DNA from: Treponema sp.
Lineage (GTDB): Bacteria > Spirochaetota > Spirochaetia > Treponematales > Breznakiellaceae
Assembly: GCA_003527485.1 (NCBI GenBank)
Contig: DPXI01000088.1
Span: 209,638-273,637, forward strand
Reading direction: 5' to 3'
DNA: 64,000 nt
Part shown: positions 1-9,542 of the stretch, one piece after another
Layout of the letters: every line of letters begins with the position of its first letter
Position numbering within the stretch: the stretch's first letter is position 1
The notes under the pieces: model-generated
The model's input: only the letters and a program-made list of their open reading frames with translations
The model's database searches: none
What the model was told of the DNA's origin: nothing
Translations under genes and position numbers: made by a program

Positions 1-1295
1 CGTTCCCGATCGATTTCCAATCCGTTTCGTCCGTGAGCTTCTCGTTCTTTCCGAGAATGACCAAGCCCCGGGATTTCATCTTGTCGGAAAAATCGCCGAA
101 CACGCGCGATTGGTCCGAGGGCGACAGGAATGAAAGAAGATCGCGCGCGAGGACTAAATCCAATTCCGGGAAGGGATTCGCGTTCAAGACGTCATGATAC
201 TCGAATGTGATCGCATCGCGTATCGCAGCGTTGAAGCCATAGCCGTTCTTGCCCTTGGACATGTACTCCCGGCAATAATCGGGCACGTCCTCCAGATCGA
301 ATACCATATTCGGTGCGCTGGAAATGGACAGCAGATCGTTGTCGTTCGCCCAGATCTTGATGCGGACATCAGGATAACGATTTTTGAGTACGCATGCGAA
401 GGAGAAAGTCTCATGGCCTTTGCCGCATCCGGGATTCCAAGCCTGAATCGTCTTTGAGGAGAAATCGGGCAGTATCGACTGCACGGAGGCCGCGTACTCG
501 TCGCTCCAGAAGGTCGCGGTATAGGGGGAGAAGAATCCCTCCAGGAATTGTTCGGCATCATCGATGTTGCGGAGCTGGAGGTCCGATCCCTTCTTCATCG
601 ATTTCCACTCAGCGAAACGAGCATTCAGCCAGCCGTCGTTGAGTTCGGTCGCTCCGAATCGCTTGAGCGCGAACAGCGTTTCCTTGATGAAATCGAGCTC
701 GGATGTTGCGGAAGAGCCACGGTCGTAGGCTTCTGAAGGCTCGGCGATGACGATCGGCGCGGAAAGGGCGGCCGTCTCCGCGACCACGCGGGGTTTTTCC
801 TCTTCTTTAGGAGAAAAGATGCGCACGACATCCAGGATGATGTACAGGCGGCCCTGATTCTCCACCACCCCGCTGATGTACTTGATATTGATGTCGCCGA
901 AGATGGGATGCGGCGGCTGTATGGCGGCCGACGAAATTCCGACCACCTTGTCGATATTGTCGACTACCACCCCGAAAATATGATCGCCTATCCTGAGGAT
1001 GAGGGTGCTTTCAAGGGCGTCCTCATCCTTCTTCTCCGCCGGCAGATGGAAAAAGACGCGCAGGTCGATGACCGGGATGATATCGCCGCGGAGATTGTAG
1101 ACGCCACGGAGGAAAGGAGCGGCGTTCGGGACAAAGGTGAACTTTCCAGCCTTCGCGATCTCCTTGACGTTCATGATATCGATGCCGTAGTCCTTGCCCG
1201 AAAGGGAAAAGGTCACCATCTTGAAATTGATCGCGTCGATGCGATCCTTCCTCTCCGCCGTTCCGACGACGGAAGGTCCTTCGTTGCCTGTCATG
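1..1295 (-). CDS. cheWR: CheW-CheR fusion protein. An N-terminal CheW domain is followed by a CheR-like SAM-methyltransferase domain. The 3' part runs off the window start.
   Basis: My manual reverse translation from ATG at 1295 gives MTGNEGPSVVGTAERKDRIDAINFKMVTFSLSGKDYGIDIMNVKEIAKAGKFTFVPNAAPFLRGVYNLRGDIIPVIDL… which is CheW-like. It continues into …FWSDEYAASVQSILPDFSSKTIQAWNPGCGKGHETFSFACVL…LARDLLSFLS…, which is CheR-like. There is no stop before position 1, so the ORF track could not list it. It lies 9 nt downstream of the cheA stop. Confidence 0.8.
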
Positions 1296-1304
1296 CTTCC
1301 CCCG

Positions 1305-3734
1305 CTACCGTATCGTCGCCTCGCGGCGGCGTCGCTCTTCGAGTTCCTTCTTGAGACCGAGGTCGAGCAGCTGGCTCACGTCGATGATGAGCGAGACGGA
1401 GCCGTCTCCCAGGATGGACGCGCCGGCGATGCCGGGAGAATTGGTGAATTGGTCGCGCAGGGGCTTTATTACGACGTCCTCTTCCCCGATGAGGCTGTCG
1501 ACCATGAGGCCCATCTTCTTCTCCGCCGTCCCGACGACCACCACGAAGTGGTATTCGCGCTGCTCGCTCGTCTTGATCCCGAAAAGCCGGTTGAGCCTGA
1601 GCAGCGAAATGACGTCATTGCGGATGTTGAAGACCTCGTAATTGTCGATCATCTTGATTTCCGTCGGCTTGATACGATGGCTCTCAATGACCGAAGTGAT
1701 CGGGATGGAGTAGATCTCCCGCCCGACGCGTACCAAAAGGCCCTGGATGATGGCCAGGGTCAGAGGCAACTTGATCGTGAATTTGGATCCCTTGCCCCGC
1801 TCGGAGGAGACGGTGACCGTTCCGTTGAGCTTCTCGATCTGCCTGCGGACCACGTCCAAGCCGACCCCGCGGCCTGAGATGTTCGTCACCTGCCTGGCGG
1901 TGGAGAAACCGGCCTCGAAGATGAGGTTGAAAGCCTCAATGTCGGTGAGGATCTTGTTCGGATGGATGAGGCCGCGTTCCACGGCCTTGGTCTTCACGGC
2001 CTCCACGTCAATGCCATGCCCGTCGTCGGAGATTTCGATGACGATCATGTTGCCTTCATTGCTCGCCTTCAGGACGACGGTCCCTTCCTCGTTTTTCCCC
2101 GCAGCCACGCGGTCGGCCGGGGATTCTATGCCGTGGTCGATGGAATTCCGCACCGAGTGCATGATGGGATCGAGCAGGTCCTCGATGACCGACTTATCCA
2201 GCTCGGTATCCTCGCCTTCGATGACGAGGTTGATCTTCTTGCTCAGGCTCTTGGAAAGATCGCGCACCAAGCGCGGGAAACGGCTGAAGATTTGGCTGAT
2301 CGGCACCATGCGGATGCGCATGACCCCTTCCTGGAGCTCGCCGGTGATGCGGCCCAGGTTCTGCGCGGTGGAACGGAACTTGCCGACGTTCGTCTTCAGG
2401 GCGGCTTCGAAGGGGTCGAAGAGAGTGAAGAGATCGCCGTAGCGCTCCCCGATCTCCTTGCGGACTTCCTTCACCGTCCTGCCCTGCCGGATTCCTTCCA
2501 TGTAATCGGGCAGTGAATCGAACAAGTCCTTGACCTTCTCGCGGTAGACGGATTCGGTCGCCTGGAGCTGGGACGAGAGCTCGCCGAACTGGGTGGAAAC
2601 CTGGTTGAAGGTCGCCTTGGTGATGACGGTTTCGGAAACGAGGTTCAGGAGATTATCGATCCGTTTGGAATCCACACGGAGAATGGCTCCCGCTTCCCGG
2701 CCTGCCTTCTTCGCGTCGGCGTCCTGACGGCTCCTGTCCGGCTCTTCGGGAGCGGCAACGGGCTCCGACGCCGCCGGTGCGGCCGCGGCCGTCCGGACTT
2801 CCGGCTCGGGCGCGGAACGCTCGGCGGCCATGCGCGGCTTGGGAGCGGCGGCGGCGGCAGGAGCCGCCTTGGCGGGGCTCGCCGCCGCGGCGGAACCGGC
2901 CACGCGAACCTCCGCGCCGAGGGTCACGTCGGGGATGCGGATGAGGCGTTTCAGGGCTTCCTCGTCCCGCGATGTAGCGACGTAGTATTCGACCACCGGA
3001 TAGAAATTATCCTCGTAAAGTCGTTCGAATTCCGGGATCGTCCTGAGTACGGCCCCCGCTTCCTTGAGCGCCGCGAACACCTGGATGCCGCCGACGGTGT
3101 TCATGATGTTGTCTTCGTTGAAGGTGACGGACACCTGGTAGACGGTGGTTCCGGGCTCGGCCGCCTGCTTGATTTCCAGGAGCTCGTACTCGGAGATCTT
3201 GCCGCCTTCCGCGGCGGCTGGCGCGATAGTCTGCGGTTTCGGGACTTCCTTCCGCTTCGGACCGGCCTTCTTGCGTCCGCTGCCCTCAGGGAGGATGGCG
3301 GCGAGCAAGACCTCGACTTCGGAGGTGTCGGCGGAATAGACACGCCCTTCCATCCGCTCGTGTAGCATGGCCTTCACGATGTCGATGGCGGCGAGAAGGG
3401 TGTCGACCACCGTACCGTCCACGCCGACCGCGTCGGAACGGATGGCGTCCAGCACGTCCTCCACCAGATGGGTGAAGGACGCGAGCTCGGTCATCTCGAC
3501 CGTTGCCGCACCGCCTTTGAGGGTATGCGCCGCGCGGAATATCTCGTCGACCGCGTCGCGGTTTCCTGTCTCGTTTTCGAGCACGAGGACGTTCTGTTCC
3601 AGGGTATCGACCTGGGCCTGCGCTTCGCTGAAGAAATCCTTCAGGAGTTCCTCGTTGTTGGGATCCAAATAGTCGCTCATTTCGTTGATAATGTTTATAC
3701 ACAAAACGTCTTCCGTCAAGTGACGCGCGTCCAA
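1305..3734 (-). CDS. cheA: Chemotaxis histidine kinase CheA
   Basis: 809 aa. HPt motif HTLKGGAATVEM, HATPase G-boxes (GRGVGLDVV) and a C-terminal CheW-like P5 domain. Confidence 0.93.
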   Translation of the reverse strand: MDARHLTEDVLCINIINEMSDYLDPNNEELLKDFFSEAQAQVDTLEQNVLVLENETGNRDAVDEIFRAAHTLKGGAATVEMTELASFTHLVEDVLDAIRSDAVGVDGTVVDTLLAAIDIVKAMLHERMEGRVYSADTSEVEVLLAAILPEGSGRKKAGPKRKEVPKPQTIAPAAAEGGKISEYELLEIKQAAEPGTTVYQVSVTFNEDNIMNTVGGIQVFAALKEAGAVLRTIPEFERLYEDNFYPVVEYYVATSRDEEALKRLIRIPDVTLGAEVRVAGSAAAASPAKAAPAAAAAPKPRMAAERSAPEPEVRTAAAAPAASEPVAAPEEPDRSRQDADAKKAGREAGAILRVDSKRIDNLLNLVSETVITKATFNQVSTQFGELSSQLQATESVYREKVKDLFDSLPDYMEGIRQGRTVKEVRKEIGERYGDLFTLFDPFEAALKTNVGKFRSTAQNLGRITGELQEGVMRIRMVPISQIFSRFPRLVRDLSKSLSKKINLVIEGEDTELDKSVIEDLLDPIMHSVRNSIDHGIESPADRVAAGKNEEGTVVLKASNEGNMIVIEISDDGHGIDVEAVKTKAVERGLIHPNKILTDIEAFNLIFEAGFSTARQVTNISGRGVGLDVVRRQIEKLNGTVTVSSERGKGSKFTIKLPLTLAIIQGLLVRVGREIYSIPITSVIESHRIKPTEIKMIDNYEVFNIRNDVISLLRLNRLFGIKTSEQREYHFVVVVGTAEKKMGLMVDSLIGEEDVVIKPLRDQFTNSPGIAGASILGDGSVSLIIDVSQLLDLGLKKELEERRRREATIR

Positions 3735-3882
3735 AGGGGCTACCTTATAGAGGGCATTGCCACGGATTCGTCGTTGCGGGGACGGCGGATGCTTTAGCGG
3801 AGGCGCCGGATACCGATAGGATATAGGAGGACCTTTTGTATAAGCGAGGCCCTTATGCTATGATGAGAACCGGGAGAACGGG
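3735..3882. promoter_or_regulatory. Divergent intergenic promoter region between cheA (-) and the OMP-like gene (+)
   Basis: 148-nt AT-richer spacer between two divergent start codons. Confidence 0.4.
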
Positions 3883-5154
3883 ATGGTAAAAGGTTTCCGG
3901 CGCGTCGCTGCCGCGTTGATCGCTACATCGGCGTCTCTGCCGCTCGCCGCGGCCGAATTGTCCGTCTCCAACCTGGAGCTCGCGACCACGGGTTCGGTTG
4001 AAGGCCAGGATTTCGTCCTCGCTTCCCACGCCGCCGCCGAACTTTCTGTCTCGGGCGGCTACAAATTCGGCGGTACGCTGAAATTCGCCTTCGATTCGAA
4101 CGATCTGGAGAAGACCCTCGGCTACTCTATGATCGCCCCGACGGATCCCATCTCGGATCCGAACCTCACGACGGCGACCCAGGCCGATTACAATGCGCTC
4201 GTGGACGAACTCGCCGACCGGATAGCCAATGACGCGTCCCTGGCCTTCCGGCTCGCCCGCATCTCGATCCGCGAACCCTTTTCGCTCCCGGTGGAATTCG
4301 GCTACTTCATCGGCCGATCCGACGTCTTCTGCTCGGGCGACGAATTCCCGTTGCGCTTCGGCACCGTGCCCTTCGGTACCGCCTTCCGCGGCTTTTCCTA
4401 TTTCCCGGAAGGCATCGGGGGGAACACCGCGCTTCAGTACGACGGCATACACGGGGTTTCGGGAACCGGCTTCTCGCTGTCCTGGACGGGCGCGAAAGAT
4501 TTCGTGCCCATTCTGTACGCCTATCAGGACGCTTCCATGGCGATCGCCGACCAGACGTCGGGGGAATTGGACAGGGGCCGCTATTCGGCCGACCTCCGCC
4601 TGCTCGCCAATGGCAAGATGGTCAAATTCGAGGCTTTCGCGGGCGGAACCTGGCCCTACGGGTCCACCGGTTTATACCGGGGAGGCGTACTCGCCTATTT
4701 CTCCTCCGGCGCCGGGGCGAACTTCCTGGCCCAGGTCGGCATTCCCCGCTGGGATCCAGGCGCGGCCTTCAGTATCGACAACCTGTTCTTCCTATTCGAA
4801 CCCCGGGTGGATTTCGGGTTCGCTTCCATCTTCGTGACCCTCTTCTACCATCCGTTCTACTATATGCAGAGCGAAACCGGCGAGAAGGGCGCCACGGACG
4901 TCAATTTCAGGTTATTGCTCGGCGACCTGCAAGAAACGAACATCGAAGGCGGTTTCGAGACCACCATCGGCCTCAAAGGGACGGCGGCGACGGCCGTCGC
5001 GGTGACCGACCAATTCTCGCTGATTCTCGCCCCCTACTTCTCCCTCGTCACGGAGGGCGTGCGCTGGGATTTCAAGGTCAGGGTCCACCCCCTCCGTTAC
5101 GCCAAACCACTTGAAATCGTCGAAACCTTCATCGGCGTACGGACGGCCTTCTGA
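3883..5154 (+). CDS. Secreted protein with signal peptide and aromatic C-terminus, possibly an outer-membrane beta-barrel protein
   Basis: 423 aa. N-terminal MVKGFRRVAAALIATSASLPLAAA signal peptide, alternating Gly/aromatic-rich strands, ends …GVRTAF. Confidence 0.5.
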   Translation: MVKGFRRVAAALIATSASLPLAAAELSVSNLELATTGSVEGQDFVLASHAAAELSVSGGYKFGGTLKFAFDSNDLEKTLGYSMIAPTDPISDPNLTTATQADYNALVDELADRIANDASLAFRLARISIREPFSLPVEFGYFIGRSDVFCSGDEFPLRFGTVPFGTAFRGFSYFPEGIGGNTALQYDGIHGVSGTGFSLSWTGAKDFVPILYAYQDASMAIADQTSGELDRGRYSADLRLLANGKMVKFEAFAGGTWPYGSTGLYRGGVLAYFSSGAGANFLAQVGIPRWDPGAAFSIDNLFFLFEPRVDFGFASIFVTLFYHPFYYMQSETGEKGATDVNFRLLLGDLQETNIEGGFETTIGLKGTAATAVAVTDQFSLILAPYFSLVTEGVRWDFKVRVHPLRYAKPLEIVETFIGVRTAF

Positions 5155-6152
5155 TGAAAAGAACCATTCTGATCCTGATCGCCCTGAGCCGCACCCTCGC
5201 CTGGTCCCTGGAGATCGAGAGTTCCGTCACCGTCGGGAACCTTTCCTTCGACGTAAACTCGGAAAATGCGCTGTCGGATGTGCCGGACGGCGATCCCGGC
5301 GAGGCTTTCGAAGGCTTCTGGGGCTACGGCGGATCCTTGAGCGCGACGGAAAAGCTCGGAGACAACGTATATTTCTCCGCCGGTTTCGAGCGGAGCGACA
5401 CGCTTCGCAATCTCGTGTTCACGCGGGTGGGCTTCGACGCCGGCTTCGCGAAACTCGCGGTCGGCCCCTTCTTCGGCCCTTTCAACGCGGCCGGTTCGGT
5501 GTTGACCTCGGGCCTTTCCACAACGCTCAGGATGGAATGGCCCGGCCTCGCCTTCGGTTCTTTCCGCTCCGATTCGACCATCGGCGCCGGCATCGCGGCA
5601 CCCGGGGATTACGTCCAGGAAAGCAGCGAAGTCCTCGTCGGCTTCTGGGTGCCGAACGTAGTCCTTTCCGCCCGGCTCGCTTCCGAATCCTTCACCTACA
5701 AGCGGACCGCGTCGCTGCTGACGGTGGACGAGCGCATACGCTACGAGATGATCGCCGATATATTCAAGAAAAACATCCCGTATACGGTCAGGCTGAACCT
5801 GGGTTACGAGAACGTGAAGCGATCCTATGTCGGCGAAACCGTGGCCGAGACCTTCCTGGATGAAATAGGCGCGGCGGTGCTCGGGCTGGAACTGGCGGCG
5901 ACCGTATCCGCCAACCTTCGTTTCACATTGGGCGCCGAGGCGTCATTGTACGCATGGGGCATCGGCAAGGTCACGAGCCCGCCGACCGATATGGCGCTTT
6001 TCAGCGCCCACGCCGGCTTCGCGATTTCCTTCAATCCTCCGGAGGAGGCGCCGGCGGAGGCGCCAGCGGGGGAGTCGGCGGAGGCGCAAGCGATGGAGTC
6101 CCCGGCTCAGGATGCCAAAGCGATGCCCGCGGAAAACGCGGCACAGGAATAG
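5154..6152 (+). CDS. Secreted protein, possible OMP partner of the preceding gene, with an Ala/Glu/Pro-rich C-terminal tail
   Basis: 332 aa. Start overlaps the upstream stop (TGATG). Signal peptide MKRTILILIALSRTLA. Low-complexity tail PPEEAPAEAPAGESAEAQAMESPAQD. Confidence 0.5.
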   Translation: MKRTILILIALSRTLAWSLEIESSVTVGNLSFDVNSENALSDVPDGDPGEAFEGFWGYGGSLSATEKLGDNVYFSAGFERSDTLRNLVFTRVGFDAGFAKLAVGPFFGPFNAAGSVLTSGLSTTLRMEWPGLAFGSFRSDSTIGAGIAAPGDYVQESSEVLVGFWVPNVVLSARLASESFTYKRTASLLTVDERIRYEMIADIFKKNIPYTVRLNLGYENVKRSYVGETVAETFLDEIGAAVLGLELAATVSANLRFTLGAEASLYAWGIGKVTSPPTDMALFSAHAGFAISFNPPEEAPAEAPAGESAEAQAMESPAQDAKAMPAENAAQE

Positions 6153-6172
6153 CGGTTCCTTCCAAATAAAAC

Positions 6173-6204
6173 GGGCTGTCCCGGCAGGGTTCCGGAAACA
6201 GCCC
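6173..6204. terminator. Hairpin between convergent genes, a possible bidirectional terminator
   Basis: GGGCTGT-N18-ACAGCCC perfect 7-bp stem. It sits between the 5154..6152 (+) and 6303..7676 (-) stops. There is no strong T-run. Confidence 0.35.
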
Positions 6205-6302
6205 GATCCTTCAAATCACCTACCGCGTTCAGGTCTTCCCATCCGGGCTTCCCCCGTCAGGCTTACCCGTCCAGGCTTCCCCCTTCAGGGCCGGGGGCTT
6301 GG

Positions 6303-7676
6303 TCAGGATCCCCAGGGCTTGATCGCTTTCTTCAGCTTTTCGTAGCCTTCCAGGTAAAGGGGCGTCTTGTCGCCGTAGATCCCGTCGAAAATCGCCAGTT
6401 GCGCGTCGAGCCAGCTTGCGAGTTCGGTATTCCCCGGATTCGCGGCCTTGTACGCCTCGCTGATGAGGACGAAGTGGATGCGGGGATCGTAGGGCTTTTT
6501 CGTCCCTCCCAGCGTCTCGTCGCCGGACAGTAGCCTCAGGAGCATCATGTCGGCGGAACCCAGGGTCTGTTCCAGGATCGGCTCGCCTTCCATGCGGTAC
6601 ATGACGCTCATCATGTCTTTGCCGTTCTTCATGGTGAAGCCCATTTCGGACCAGACTTTCTGCATGTCCGTTCCCGGTTTGACGTGGTCCAGGATCATCT
6701 GGCCCCAGGCGCGGAGCGCGTCGGGGGCATCGGCCAGGAGGTCTGTCAGGCGGTCGCCGTCGAGGTCCGTCGCGTAGATGATGCAATTCCGCTTGTTTAT
6801 CATGTCGTGGAGCATCAGGCCGAAGTTGGTGTCCGAGATGTGCTCGTGGATCTCCCCGGCCCAGTTCTCCATGCCGGCTTTGAAGTCCTTCGGGAGCAGG
6901 GCGATGATGGCGTCGATATTCGCCCTGTGCTCTTCATAGGCATCGACCGCGTACTTGCGCTTGAGTTCGAACTTGGTGCCCTGCATGAGCCAGCGCATGA
7001 TGCCCGCGTTGACGGCGTCCTCCTGGGCCTGGGTGGGCTTGGTCGCGACGCGGCCGATATGGCCCGTCTCATGGACCATCTTGAGGAAGAGCCGGGCCGC
7101 GTAGGCCATCCTGACGCCGGGGGTGTTCATCTCGGAGTGGATATTGCCGGTGACCGGATCCACGCTGAATTTCTTCTTGTCCTGGGAATACGGAAGGCCG
7201 GGCATGAAACGTATGCTCGTGATGGTTCCGTACGGCCTGATATTGCAGTACACGCCGGCCATGGTGCGGAGCGGAGCGTTGGCGGATTTGCCGAATACGA
7301 CGACCTTTTTGCCGCCCTCGTTGACCATGAAGTCGCCGGCGGTGGACCACTTGATCGCCGTATAGTCGAGCTTGCCGAACCATTCCAGCGAAGCGAGCTT
7401 GGTGTCGTGCCGGAACTGGGCCATCATCGGCACGCCGAGGAAGGGAAGGCCGAGGACGTCGAGGGCCATCAGCGTTCCGTTCAGGGCAAACATGTCGGTG
7501 AAGGCATGGGCGACCGGCTTCACGCCGCCGGAAGCATTACCGCCCTCCCAGATTATCGCGTCCGATACGCCCTTGGGCTGGACCTTCGATCGCTTGAAGA
7601 GGCTGTCCAGATGCTTGAATAGGTCCCCGCTCTGCTCTTCCCGGGCGATTTTCAAGAGGTCGAGTCGTGTGCTCAT
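6303..7676 (-). CDS. Conserved hypothetical protein, 457 aa, family not recognised
   Basis: Long uninterrupted ORF with ordinary, non-repetitive amino-acid composition. No motif I can assign. Confidence 0.55.
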   Translation of the reverse strand: MSTRLDLLKIAREEQSGDLFKHLDSLFKRSKVQPKGVSDAIIWEGGNASGGVKPVAHAFTDMFALNGTLMALDVLGLPFLGVPMMAQFRHDTKLASLEWFGKLDYTAIKWSTAGDFMVNEGGKKVVVFGKSANAPLRTMAGVYCNIRPYGTITSIRFMPGLPYSQDKKKFSVDPVTGNIHSEMNTPGVRMAYAARLFLKMVHETGHIGRVATKPTQAQEDAVNAGIMRWLMQGTKFELKRKYAVDAYEEHRANIDAIIALLPKDFKAGMENWAGEIHEHISDTNFGLMLHDMINKRNCIIYATDLDGDRLTDLLADAPDALRAWGQMILDHVKPGTDMQKVWSEMGFTMKNGKDMMSVMYRMEGEPILEQTLGSADMMLLRLLSGDETLGGTKKPYDPRIHFVLISEAYKAANPGNTELASWLDAQLAIFDGIYGDKTPLYLEGYEKLKKAIKPWGS

Positions 7677-7800
7677 AACTCCGGGTCTCCATTTGTAGTG
7701 GGAATGATTCGACGATCGCGTCGAATTATCGTATTACCAATACGGAGAGCCGTCAAGCCGTCCTGATTTCCGGCTTCGATGAACAACTTATGGACGAGGT

Positions 7801-8289
7801 TCACGCCAGGGTTTCGAAAACGCCCTTTTCGTAATTCTTCTTGACGCCGTTCCAGGGGAAGGCCCGGCCGTTCATGGATACCCAGACGCCCCGGGGGAGC
7901 AGCTGGACGGCCTGGAAGGCGCTGCCGAGATTGAACAGAGCATCGCTGCCGGCCACCGAATAGGGCACCATGGCGCCGGTCAGGACGATGGTTTTGTCCA
8001 AACCCGCGGCGCCGAGGACTTTCGCGGTCTCGACCATGCGGTCGGTTCCGTGGGTGATGACGATCCGGTCCTCCGCCGAGCGGCGGCAGGCTTCCAGTAT
8101 GCTGTTCCGGCTTTCGTCCCCCATCTCCAGGCTGTCCACGAGCTGGTTGATTTCCAGCTCCACCCGTTCGGTGATGCGCACCTGGCGGAGGATGTCCGGC
8201 AGGTGGCTGTCCTTGAAGTTGAGTACTCCCTTCAGCTCGTCGTAGCGCTTGTCGAAGGTCCCGCCGGTGATGATGATTCGAATGGCCAT
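7801..8289 (-). CDS. Asparaginase N-terminal-domain-like protein (short, 162 aa)
   Basis: MAIRIIITGGTFDK… resembles the TGGT threonine motif of the L-asparaginase/GatD N-domain. It lies 28 nt downstream of dapL on the same strand. Confidence 0.5.
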   Translation of the reverse strand: MAIRIIITGGTFDKRYDELKGVLNFKDSHLPDILRQVRITERVELEINQLVDSLEMGDESRNSILEACRRSAEDRIVITHGTDRMVETAKVLGAAGLDKTIVLTGAMVPYSVAGSDALFNLGSAFQAVQLLPRGVWVSMNGRAFPWNGVKKNYEKGVFETLA

Positions 8290-8320
8290 GAGCCACTATA
8301 CGCGCGCGGGCTCCGGTAGA

Positions 8321-9529
8321 TCAAGGACGCAGCGCGGGCAGGCGGCGGCAGGCTTCCTCGACGTCGGCGCGGTGGCCGAAAGCCGAGAAGCGGATGAAGC
8401 TCTCCCCCGCGGGGCCGAAACCGGAACCGGGAGTGGTCACCACATGGCACTTCTCGAGTATCTCCGCGAAGACGTCCCAACTCTTCCTGCCGGGGAACCG
8501 GGCCCAGATGTAGGGAGCGTTGTCCCCGCCCACGCAGGCGATGCCGAGCCCTTCCAGGGCGGCCCGGATTATGGCGGCGTTGCCCAGGTAGAAATCGGTG
8601 AGCTCCCGCATCTCCTTGAGTCCGGCGCTCTCGAGCGCGGCGAGGCCGCCGTATTGGGCGATGTTGGAGGCGCCGTTGAAGACGGTGGTGCAGATCCTGT
8701 TCCAGTCCTCTATCACGCTCTCCCCGCCGGAATACTTCAGGTCCTTCGGAACCACGGTCCAACCGAGCCGTACGCCGGTGAAGCCGATCGGCTTGGAGAA
8801 GGAATTCACCTCTATCGCGCAGGAACGCGCGCCTTCGATTTCATAGATGGATTTGGGCAACGCGGGATCCCGGATGTATTCGGCGTAGGCCGCGTCATAT
8901 ATGATGATCGCGCCCTTCTCCGTCGCCGCCTTCACGAGTGAGGAGAGCTGGGAACGCGTCGCGACGGCGCCGGTGGGATTGTTGGGCGAGCAGAAATAGA
9001 CGATGCCGTCCTCAGGCAGCGCGGAAAGGTCAGGGAAATAGCCGTTGGCGGCGACGCAGGGCAGGTAGGTGATGCCCTCGTAACCGGAACCGGTCCATTC
9101 GCCCGCGGCTCCGATGAGCACCGACCCGTCCACGTAGACGGGATAGGAAGGATCCTGGACCGCCACTTCCACCTCGGGGCCGAACAGGAGCTGAAGTCGA
9201 CCGATGTCGCACTTTGCCCCGTCGGAAATGAAGACCTCGTCGCTTGCGATCTTCCCGCCGTAGAACGCGGCCGCTATGCGTTCGCGCAGCGCCGTGAGGC
9301 CCTGCTCGTCGCCGTAGCCCGAATAGCCCGAAGCCGTACCGAGCCTCCGCGCGCCTTCCGTGAGACCCGAGTCTATGTGCGCGGTCAGGGGTTCGGTCGT
9401 GTTCCCGATGCCGAGGCTGATGATCTTCGCGTCCGGATGGGCGGCGGAGAACTCCCGGCGTCTGCGGGCGATCTCGGGGAACAGGTAGCCGGCCGTCAGG
9501 TTCGAAAGGCCGTAATTGCGCGTCGCCAT
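8321..9529 (-). CDS. dapL: LL-diaminopimelate aminotransferase
   Basis: 402 aa. N-terminus NYGLSNLTAGYLFPEIARRRREFSAAHPDAKIISLGIGNTTEPL matches the DapL signature. Aminotransferase class I fold. Confidence 0.85.
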   Translation of the reverse strand: MATRNYGLSNLTAGYLFPEIARRRREFSAAHPDAKIISLGIGNTTEPLTAHIDSGLTEGARRLGTASGYSGYGDEQGLTALRERIAAAFYGGKIASDEVFISDGAKCDIGRLQLLFGPEVEVAVQDPSYPVYVDGSVLIGAAGEWTGSGYEGITYLPCVAANGYFPDLSALPEDGIVYFCSPNNPTGAVATRSQLSSLVKAATEKGAIIIYDAAYAEYIRDPALPKSIYEIEGARSCAIEVNSFSKPIGFTGVRLGWTVVPKDLKYSGGESVIEDWNRICTTVFNGASNIAQYGGLAALESAGLKEMRELTDFYLGNAAIIRAALEGLGIACVGGDNAPYIWARFPGRKSWDVFAEILEKCHVVTTPGSGFGPAGESFIRFSAFGHRADVEEACRRLPALRP

Positions 9530-9542
9530 GTCGGAGCCTCCG

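Noticed and set aside
1194-2516. Several 180-230 aa plus-strand ORFs inside cheA
   Set aside because: They are antisense to cheA and have no supporting motifs.
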